Part shown: piece by piece, positions 57,897-64,000 of the stretch
Layout of the letters: each line of letters opens with the position of its first letter
Position numbering within the stretch: the stretch's first letter is position 1
IMG/VR virus record: IMGVR_UViG_3300045988_126619
Span: 95,469-159,468 of that record
Origin: a virus
Reading direction: 5' to 3' (one strand)
Length of the DNA: 64,000 bases
Program-made: the position numbers and the translations under genes
Notes under the pieces: generated by a model
Databases searched by the model: none
What the model saw: the letters and a program-made list of their open reading frames with translations, nothing else
Told to the model about the DNA's origin: nothing

Positions 57897-57925
57897 TTGA
57901 CATAAAATAAATGATATGATATAAT
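57897..57925 (+). promoter_or_regulatory. sigma-A-type promoter with the conserved element as spacer
   Basis: TTGACA at 57897-57902, spacer TAAAATAAATGATATGA, TATAAT at 57920-57925. Confidence 0.7.
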
Positions 57926-57961
57926 AAACATATAAAGTAAGACAGCAAAGGGGTGAGAATA

Positions 57962-58117
57962 ATGCTAGAAAGAATAACTAAAGAAATCGAAGAAACAGAA
58001 GATACAATAACAATAGGGGAACTAATTTCTACAATGTATTATTTAAAAAATAAAGTAGATGAATTAGAAACTGAAAATACACAATTAAAAGAAGAAATTA
58101 AAAGATTAACAAAGTAA
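57962..58117 (+). CDS. 51-aa coiled-coil peptide (below track cutoff)
   Basis: Promoter at 57897-57925, AAAGGGGTGAG SD, ATG at 57962. The sequence is MLERITKEIEETED...LKEEIKRLTK. Confidence 0.3.
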   Translation: MLERITKEIEETEDTITIGELISTMYYLKNKVDELETENTQLKEEIKRLTK

Positions 58118-58123
58118 AGGTGG

Positions 58124-58138
58124 CATAAAATAAACAAT
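58124..58138 (+). promoter_or_regulatory. conserved element overlapping a start codon
   Basis: CATAAAATAAACAAT. The last two bases begin the ThyX-like ATG at 58137. Confidence 0.45.
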
Positions 58139-58724
58139 GGAAATAAGAGTAACAGCGTTAACTGAAAACAAACAAGTAATGAACAGATGCAGAGTAACTG
58201 TATGGAAGGATAGTTTAGAAAAAGAACCTAGTATACAATTTATGGAGGATATTTATAAAGCAGAACATAGTCCAATAAGAGATAAATGGTTTTCTATAGA
58301 AATAAGAAATGTAAAGTCATGGGTTGCAACACATTTTGTTAGACATAGTATTGGATATACTCCTTATGTTTCAACACAAAGAAATGATAGAATAGATTAT
58401 GAAGGAAGTAGAGATGATAGAAAACAAGGTGAACTTGTAAATATGGATATAACATTAAATGCACAAGCTTTCATAAATGTATCTAAAAGAAGATTATGTG
58501 GTCAAGCACACGTTGAAGCACAAAAATTATGGAATTTAGTTTTAGCAGAGTTAAGAAAAATAGACGAACCATTATTTAATAATTGCGTTCCAGAATGTAT
58601 ATATAGAGGTTTTTGTCCAGAAAAATATCCTTGTAATGATGGAAAAGGTAGATGTGATACAAAAGCTTATAAGGATTGGAGAAAACGTTATATTGGTAAT
58701 AGACCTAGAATTATAATTGAATAA
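58137..58724 (+). CDS. thyX: flavin-dependent thymidylate synthase (ThyX)-like protein
   Basis: 195 aa. HFVRHSIGYTPYVSTQRNDR resembles the ThyX RHRxxxxxxSxR signature. It is shorter than typical ThyX, so this is tentative. Confidence 0.45.
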   Translation: MEIRVTALTENKQVMNRCRVTVWKDSLEKEPSIQFMEDIYKAEHSPIRDKWFSIEIRNVKSWVATHFVRHSIGYTPYVSTQRNDRIDYEGSRDDRKQGELVNMDITLNAQAFINVSKRRLCGQAHVEAQKLWNLVLAELRKIDEPLFNNCVPECIYRGFCPEKYPCNDGKGRCDTKAYKDWRKRYIGNRPRIIIE

Positions 58725-58734
58725 AGAACAAAAA

Positions 58735-58768
58735 AAGGGATATAGCTTAATTAAAAACTATATCCCTT
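58735..58768. terminator. bidirectional terminator at the convergence of rightward and leftward gene blocks
   Basis: An 11-bp stem AAGGGATATAG/CTATATCCCTT. An A-run lies on the left and a T-rich tract on the right. Confidence 0.7.
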
Positions 58769-58774
58769 AATTAT

Positions 58775-58990
58775 TTAACGATTATTGTCCCTCAAGGCTA
58801 CATCAATCTTATCTTCTATTGTATCAATCTTATTGTCGATTCCATCAACTCTACTATTAATATTGCTAATATGAGAATCAACGTCACGTAATAAATTTTG
58901 AGTTACTTGAACTAATTCTCCATTAGTTCTTGTTAATTCATTATTTGTTTCAGTAAGTCTATCTAGTGTTGTATTAATTCTTTCCCACAT
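58775..58990 (-). CDS. coiled-coil lysis-module protein (BhlA/XhlA-like soluble part)
   Basis: 71 aa, heptad-rich (LDRLTETNNELTRTNGELVQVTQNLL...). It is preceded by 1 nt and a 28-aa TM peptide ORF. Confidence 0.35.
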   Translation of the reverse strand: MWERINTTLDRLTETNNELTRTNGELVQVTQNLLRDVDSHISNINSRVDGIDNKIDTIEDKIDVALRDNNR

Positions 58991-58991
58991 T

Positions 58992-59078
58992 TTATAAATA
59001 AATAGTCCGCATTATAACACACGCAAATACTGGAAAACCTAAAGACTGTATAAAAGTTCCCATTCCTGCTAAATCCAT
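58992..59078 (-). CDS. 28-aa hydrophobic peptide (possible N-terminal TM part of a BhlA-like holin)
   Basis: The sequence is MDLAGMGTFIQSLGFPVFACVIMRTIYL, with a GGAAGGAG SD 6 nt upstream. Its stop TAA lies 1 nt before the next ATG. Confidence 0.3.
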   Translation of the reverse strand: MDLAGMGTFIQSLGFPVFACVIMRTIYL

Positions 59079-59083
59079 AGTAA

Positions 59084-59464
59084 CTACTCCTTCCACTTGT
59101 CCGAACATATTTCATTAATAACTTCTATATCATTATTGTTATTATTCATTTTATTATCATTGTTCATATTAAAATTGTTTACCTTATAACCGATATGAGT
59201 AACTGTATAAATGCAAAACATAGCCACAATTACTGTTAATAACATTATTATTTTCAAATCGTTTATACTGTTCTTACACTCTTTTAATATCACTTTATTT
59301 TTCTTATTTAAATTATCATATTCTACTAATAATTCTTCTAGTCTATCTCTATCTTGCTGTATATTTTTCAAGTAGTTATCTGACACAATAAACGCCCCTT
59401 TATAATTACGAATAAGAAAAGACATCTTCTTAATTAAGATACCCTTTATAAGTGATATTGGCAA
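59084..59464 (-). CDS. membrane protein (single TM), unknown function
   Basis: 126-aa ORF with the TM helix IIMLLTVIVAMFCIYTV. The start codon is uncertain (TTG in the track, no clear SD). Confidence 0.35.
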   Translation of the reverse strand: MPISLIKGILIKKMSFLIRNYKGAFIVSDNYLKNIQQDRDRLEELLVEYDNLNKKNKVILKECKNSINDLKIIMLLTVIVAMFCIYTVTHIGYKVNNFNMNNDNKMNNNNNDIEVINEICSDKWKE

Positions 59465-59601
59465 TTAGAGGATAGATATTTTATTTTATAATATATTTAT
59501 ATTATCTTTTTCTTCCGACCTCCCTTAGCTTTTGATGTTGATTTTGCTTTTGCCATGTGCTTTCACCACCTTTCATATTAATTTAATTTATGTTAATATT
59601 T

Positions 59602-59796
59602 TTATTCTTTCTCTACTAGATTAGAATTATCAATAGTTGTACCTGCAATATTTGAATCGCCTGTTATTGTAGTTTCTACGACAGGTGCATATAAATATGT
59701 ATGCCATGCTACACATAATCCCACTATACTCGACACAAAAGTTACAAATAAACCTATAATTAATGCTATGATAATTTTAAATAACTTATCTTCCAT
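59602..59796 (-). CDS. small membrane protein, holin candidate
   Basis: 64 aa. The long hydrophobic stretch FKIIIALIIGLFVTFVSSIVGLCVAW lies in the lysis neighbourhood. Confidence 0.35.
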   Translation of the reverse strand: MEDKLFKIIIALIIGLFVTFVSSIVGLCVAWHTYLYAPVVETTITGDSNIAGTTIDNSNLVEKE

Positions 59797-59879
59797 ATCT
59801 TATCAAAGCTACCTCCTTTATTAAATCTACATATCCATATATAATTAATGTTGAAATCATAGCACATATTATGTTCATA

Positions 59880-60477
59880 TTATTTTACCTTCCTTCTTCT
59901 TGTTATTGTTGTTCTTGTTTTTCTTGGTTTCTTTACTTTTTTCTTTTCATCTAATGTCTTTTCTCTTTTAGCTGTTTTTGTTTGTTCTTTAACTCTTGTC
60001 TTTTTCATGAGTTCTACATCGTACTCACAATCATAAAATTCAATTCTTGCTCCGCTTAACACCTTTTTTATATTCTATTGATAAAGTAAGTTCTTTAATA
60101 ACATCACAGCTATCATCAACAAGGACACCTGTTTCTTCTGCTGTTAATCCATCTAATATAAATTTTGGAACTATATTATCAATATCTGTTCTTGCTCTTG
60201 TAGGTTTATAAACTGTATACTTACATTTACATTCACTTATTCCTAAATTTTCTAATCCATAATGTTCTACAACAAATTTAGTAAAATCTTTATAGTTTTG
60301 CTTTAATGTATTCATTTTCTTTCTTTGTAAAATTATCCATTTGTTTAAAGATGGATTAGCAGGTGTATCTATTGGATTATTTTTTGCTCTTGGATGTAGT
60401 CTAAAATATCTTTTAGTCCATTCATACATTAATTCTTCTGTAAATTCTATTACCACTACATCTTTCTTGTTTCTCAT
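59880..60477 (-). pseudogene. rusA: RusA-family Holliday-junction resolvase interrupted by a 1-nt frameshift
   Basis: ATG 60477 (AAAGGAG SD) gives ..RARTDIDNIVPKFILDGLTAEETGVLVDDSCDVIKELTLSIEYKK (the RusA D-x-D-N...DD pattern), then stops at 60040. The +1 frame continues VLSGARIEFYD... to 59880. The frames join if the A6 run (plus-strand T6 at 60064-60069) is read as A5. Confidence 0.6.
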
Positions 60478-60658
60478 ATTTAATAATCTCCTTTGTATCA
60501 AAACAATTTCGTTAAATAAGCATTTAGCGAAATTATTTAAATGTTTTATTGTAATTGTATTTTTTTATTTATATAATATCAATTCTGACAAGATTTAAGA
60601 TTTGAACATCAAAATAATCTAACACTTAGTCATTTATAATTATTTCAAATTCTATATT

Positions 60659-61747
60659 CTATCTTGTAATCCAATCCCAACAACCATTATCATTGACATA
60701 ATATTTTTTATCAACAACGGTGTTTGTTGCCATAGAACCTTTTGGCATACCAACTTGTGGATATAAGTAATAATAATTACCTTTCCATAACAGCCATCCA
60801 GTTGTCATGTAACAGTTTTCATCTAAAAAATACCATTTACCATCAGTATCTTTAAACCATTCATTACATAAAGCTATTGAATATTCGTTGAACTTAAACC
60901 AATCTTGTCCTATTTGTAACCATTCATTACAAGCATAAGTACCATTATCTTTTTTGTATTTCCATTTCATTCCCGCAGGTGTTTGATATTTTTCCCACCC
61001 ACTTTTTGGTTTTTCTATTTTTGTGTCCACGATTGCCCATGCTTCTTTAATAAGAGGAGAATTTATGTCTATGTAGTAAAGACCGTGATTTCCAGTATTT
61101 CCCCAACTATTATCATTTGTTAATAAGTCTTGTTTGTATTCAAAACAAACCATTGCATGATTTCCTTTATAACTTCCTTTACCAAATGTCGGAATATACC
61201 CACCATTTGTTTTTGCTTCGTAAAAGTTGTCGTAAACTTTATATATTACCATGATTGGCATATCATATTTAGATATATATTCTTTTATTTCAGAAGCTTC
61301 TAATCTAATGTAAGAAAGGGATTTTTCATTATTTGCTTTATTAATCAAATCATTTATGTTATTTTCTTCTAATGTTTTTAAAATAGAAGGATATTCAATA
61401 TCACAGTCAAAATCCGATTTTAAACAATCACCAATTTCACATAAATTTGCACAAGCTTCACGTGGAATTAATCCAGTTTTTTGATGTTGATTATTTTTTC
61501 TATAACCATATAAAAAGCCGATTGAATACGATTTTTTTGTAAAATAACGTTTCATTTTAGTTAAACAATGTGCAACACATGAATTAACCAATTGTTTTGT
61601 ATTATCTGGTTCATAATCAGAAACCGTATAATTTAGTGGCACTTGATAATCCCCATTTAATGAAGCAATATCTGATATCCTATAATCTCTTGGGTCACTA
61701 GGACTATCTACAGACCCAAGAAATTCATAATTTATTTTATTTTCCAT
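60659..61747 (-). CDS. endolysin: papain-like cysteine peptidase domain plus cell-wall-binding repeats
   Basis: 362 aa. The N-terminal domain has DPRDYR, a nucleophile-like NSCVAHC and GNHAMVCFEY (His). The C-terminal ~120 aa are GW/WY/YF-rich repeats of the choline/cell-wall-binding type (GWEKY..WKYKKDNGTY, WFKDTDGKWYFLDENCYMTTGWLLWKGNYYYL). Confidence 0.55.
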   Translation of the reverse strand: MENKINYEFLGSVDSPSDPRDYRISDIASLNGDYQVPLNYTVSDYEPDNTKQLVNSCVAHCLTKMKRYFTKKSYSIGFLYGYRKNNQHQKTGLIPREACANLCEIGDCLKSDFDCDIEYPSILKTLEENNINDLINKANNEKSLSYIRLEASEIKEYISKYDMPIMVIYKVYDNFYEAKTNGGYIPTFGKGSYKGNHAMVCFEYKQDLLTNDNSWGNTGNHGLYYIDINSPLIKEAWAIVDTKIEKPKSGWEKYQTPAGMKWKYKKDNGTYACNEWLQIGQDWFKFNEYSIALCNEWFKDTDGKWYFLDENCYMTTGWLLWKGNYYYLYPQVGMPKGSMATNTVVDKKYYVNDNGCWDWITR

Positions 61748-61751
61748 AGTA

Positions 61752-61943
61752 TTACACCTCTTTTAATTCATTTACAATACAATCTGTATATCCATCTATT
61801 GTAAGAATAGAATCCACAGCCGACTTCCATTTTGCATATATGTTTACATCAATAAAATATGCTCTATATAAATCTTGTGCTTCCTTTAATGAATAATTAT
61901 CTCTCTTTTCTTCAATTCTTTGTGCTATAAATGTTGCCATCAT
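61752..61943 (-). CDS. hypothetical small protein
   Basis: 63 aa. It is preceded on the minus strand by the conserved element (61956-61970) and an AAAGGATG SD. Confidence 0.4.
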   Translation of the reverse strand: MMATFIAQRIEEKRDNYSLKEAQDLYRAYFIDVNIYAKWKSAVDSILTIDGYTDCIVNELKEV

Positions 61944-61955
61944 CGAATCATCCTT

Positions 61956-61970
61956 TCTGTTTATTTTATG
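61956..61970 (-). promoter_or_regulatory. conserved element on the minus strand
   Basis: The minus strand reads CATAAAATAAACAGA. It comes directly after the stop of 61971-62279 and before the AAAGGATG SD of 61752-61943. It is the only good minus-strand copy seen. Confidence 0.45.
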
Positions 61971-62279
61971 TTATAATATTGAAGGAATAACTTCTGTTAG
62001 TATTGCATTAATAGTATCCTCACTAATTGACATAGATTCTTTTAATTTACTAATAGTTATTTCTAATTCTTGTATTTTAGAATCCTTTTCTTTAAGTACA
62101 GCTTTTTGTTCATCTATTTTCCATTGATTATATTCTTGAATACTAGAGAAGACATACACATCATATGTATAATGTGTATAGTTAACTTTAATGCTATCCT
62201 TTTTAACTATCTTAACTCTATAAGATAATATTTCATCTCTTGGATATGTTTTACTTGTTTGATTAGTTAATATCTTCAT
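61971..62279 (-). CDS. hypothetical coiled-coil protein
   Basis: 102 aa. It lies directly downstream of the RCC1-repeat protein and may be a fibre chaperone or assembly factor. That is position only. Confidence 0.4.
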   Translation of the reverse strand: MKILTNQTSKTYPRDEILSYRVKIVKKDSIKVNYTHYTYDVYVFSSIQEYNQWKIDEQKAVLKEKDSKIQELEITISKLKESMSISEDTINAILTEVIPSIL

Positions 62280-62290
62280 AAAAGCACCCC

Positions 62291-64000
62291 TTATATTAGA
62301 ATGTTAACTTTTACATTTGTTAAATTACTTTGTTTAGCTGTAACAGAACATGAATTTGTATTGATTGCTATATCTACATCCGTTTCACCTAATTTGTGCC
62401 AATCTCCTACTTTATCATATAAAATACTTAGATTTTTTAATACAACATTATCGGCAGAAGAAGGTCTATATAAAACAAATGCAAATCTAATATGTTTATT
62501 AGTTAATATTGTATTATAGTCAATATTTGGAATATCTGTTGCTATTCCATTATTCCATATTTCATCTTTGAATTGATTCCATTTATTTTTTTCCGAGTCC
62601 GATAATTGAGAATATTGTTTAACTTTATTATCATCTGTTAATGGACAAGTATTTGTTAAAACATCCCAACTAGAACCGTTCCAAGTTTTCCATGTAACAC
62701 CATTATCATTACTTATGACATACTTTATATTACCATTAGCTGTTTTTGTAACATCTAAAACAAAATTGTGAATAGTTGAAGCTTTTATTGTCGATAAATT
62801 TTGATTAGAAATTATCAATTCTTTATTATTTTTTATACCATTTATAGTATACGTCCTTTCTTCTGACGATATAATTGAAAAATTACTAAATTTATCTATT
62901 GGTTTAAAAGTTTCACCATTTATAGTTACATCTTTTAATAAATCATTTGAAGAAAATCCATATGTTTCTAAATCTCTATTAATATCAGTTATAATTATTT
63001 CATTATACATTTTTGAAGAATCATCATAATTGTCCTCTAATATTGAATAATATTTATTATTAGATTTTAATAATAAATATATAGTTCTTATAATGTCATA
63101 AATATCATGGAGTCTATTTGCATTATCTAAATTAGGTATCAATGTAGGTGTAGTTTTACTAGCAGTATTACCTAATCCTAATTGACCAAAGGTATTATGT
63201 CCAGATGATTTTACAGCACCATCATTTAATAAGAATAACGTATGATAAGAACCACATGATATTTGTTCCACATTGTCTAAGTTGGATATTAATGTAGGTA
63301 TATTTCTATCTGTAGCATCACCTAATCCTAATTGACCATTACCATTTTGTCCACAAGATTTTGCAGTACAATCATTTAATAAGAATACTGTATGATAGTA
63401 TCCACATGATATTTGTTTTACATTATCTAAATCAGATATTAATGTAGGTATATTTCTACTAGTAATAGCACCTAATCCTAATTGACCATAGCTATTTTCC
63501 CCACATACCTTTACAGCACCATCATTTAATAAGAATAATGTATGAAGACCACCACATGATATTTGTTTTACATTATCTAAATTAGATATCAATATAGGTG
63601 TTAATCTATTAGTAGCATCACCTAATCCTAATTGACCATTACCATTTTGTCCACAAGATTTTGCAGTACAATCATTTAATAAGAATACTGTATGAGAATA
63701 TCCACATGATGCTTGTTTTACGTTATTTAAATCAGATATTAATGTAGGTGTTAATCTATTAGTAGTGTCGCCTAATCCTAATTGACCATAGCTATTTCGT
63801 CCACATGCCTTTACATTGCCATCATTTAATAAGAAAATAGTATGATAAGCACCACATGATATTTGTTTTACGTTATTTAAATTAGGTATTAATATAGGTG
63901 TTAATCTATTAGTAGTGTCGCCTAATCCTAATTGACCATAGCTATTTTCCCCACATACCTTTACAGTGCCATCATTTAATAAGAATACTGTATGATAGTA
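62291..64000 (-). CDS. RCC1-repeat (beta-propeller) protein with distinct C-terminal domain; tail-fibre/receptor-binding candidate (5' end outside window)
   Basis: The frame stays open upstream of the track's TTG 63592 all the way to position 64000. It has at least 5.5 tandem 50-aa RCC1-type repeats (..NVKQISCG.YHT.FLLNDG..K.CG.N..GQLGLG......PTLI..). A ~330-aa non-repetitive C-terminus follows. Confidence 0.6.
   Translation of the reverse strand, partial: YYHTVFLLNDGTVKVCGENSYGQLGLGDTTNRLTPILIPNLNNVKQISCGAYHTIFLLNDGNVKACGRNSYGQLGLGDTTNRLTPTLISDLNNVKQASCGYSHTVFLLNDCTAKSCGQNGNGQLGLGDATNRLTPILISNLDNVKQISCGGLHTLFLLNDGAVKVCGENSYGQLGLGAITSRNIPTLISDLDNVKQISCGYYHTVFLLNDCTAKSCGQNGNGQLGLGDATDRNIPTLISNLDNVEQISCGSYHTLFLLNDGAVKSSGHNTFGQLGLGNTASKTTPTLIPNLDNANRLHDIYDIIRTIYLLLKSNNKYYSILEDNYDDSSKMYNEIIITDINRDLETYGFSSNDLLKDVTINGETFKPIDKFSNFSIISSEERTYTINGIKNNKELIISNQNLSTIKASTIHNFVLDVTKTANGNIKYVISNDNGVTWKTWNGSSWDVLTNTCPLTDDNKVKQYSQLSDSEKNKWNQFKDEIWNNGIATDIPNIDYNTILTNKHIRFAFVLYRPSSADNVVLKNLSILYDKVGDWHKLGETDVDIAINTNSCSVTAKQSNLTNVKVNILI
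63105..64000 (-). repeat. 150-bp in-frame tandem repeats (RCC1 blades), at least 6 copies, continuing past the window edge
   Basis: The landmark CCTAATCCTAATTGACC recurs at 63171, 63321, 63471, 63621, 63771 and 63921 (period 150). Long near-identical stretches link non-adjacent copies. Confidence 0.85.

Noticed and set aside
5719-58138. The recurring 15-nt element considered as a CRISPR repeat, an iteron array or a transposon end.
   Set aside because: Spacing is irregular, from 0.1 to about 3 kb. Copies are always intergenic and co-oriented with genes. Half are embedded in TTGACA/TATAAT promoters. I saw no cas genes, inverted pairs or target-site duplications.
63105-64000. The tandem 150-bp repeats considered as a non-coding satellite, a CRISPR-like array or a diversity-generating retroelement (DGR) target.
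   Set aside because: The repeats are in-frame and encode RCC1 blades. There are no spacers. I see no reverse transcriptase or template repeat in the window.
1-64000. Search for tRNA or rRNA genes, an integrase or repressor lysogeny module, transposases, and terminase, capsid or tail structural genes.
   Set aside because: I recognised none by eye. I therefore do not state whether the element is temperate or virulent, nor where the packaging and structural modules lie. Absence by eye is weak evidence, and tRNAscan and HMM scans are needed.

Overview
This window is a very AT-rich, gene-dense piece of a large tailed-phage or prophage genome. The host looks like a low-GC Gram-positive anaerobe, probably Clostridium-like. 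Supporting signals are the GGAGG-type Shine-Dalgarno (SD) sites, anaerobic NrdD/NrdG, a ThyX-like gene, and an endolysin with GW/YF cell-wall-binding repeats.

Layout: about 95 rightward genes run from 17 to 58724. A bidirectional terminator sits at 58735-58768. Leftward lysis and tail-fibre-like genes then run to the window edge, where an RCC1-repeat protein runs off at 64000. I recognised no rRNA, tRNA, CRISPR array, integrase or transposase.

Recognisable content:
- Phd-like protein plus ADP-ribosyltransferase pair (17-1055).
- GNAT acetyltransferase, and a retropepsin-like protease pair.
- CCA-adding enzyme, guanylate-kinase-like protein, metallophosphatase, RNase H1.
- Kinase-phosphatase-ligase (Pnkp-type) RNA repair enzyme.
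- Island with a PspA-like protein, three TerD proteins and a Ca-type P-type ATPase (18.1-25.4 kb).
- NAD module: PncA, Prs-like, Nampt-like and NadE (26.4-30.4 kb).
- SSB candidate, and a Sak4-like ATPase split by a group I intron.
- DnaB-like helicase, primase, radical SAM protein, Cas4-like nuclease and DnaE-type polymerase.
- ERCC4-type nuclease, SLOG protein, sigma factor and 3D-domain protein.
- NrdDG, TARG1-like macrodomain, dUTPase, ATP-dependent DNA ligase and ThyX-like protein.
- On the minus strand: RusA, an endolysin and a holin-like peptide.

The dominant non-coding signal is a ~15-nt element, CATAAAATAAATGAT. It occurs more than 40 times and is always co-oriented with the downstream gene. 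In some copies it forms the spacer of consensus TTGACA-17-TATAAT promoters. In others it stands alone just upstream of an SD. A ~0.6-kb promoter-driven non-coding stretch with raised GC content (10.6-11.2 kb) is also unexplained.

Four genes are broken by one extra base, three of them in homopolymer runs. All calls rest on by-eye motif recognition. No searches or folding were run, and coordinates of starts, splice sites and hairpins are best estimates.
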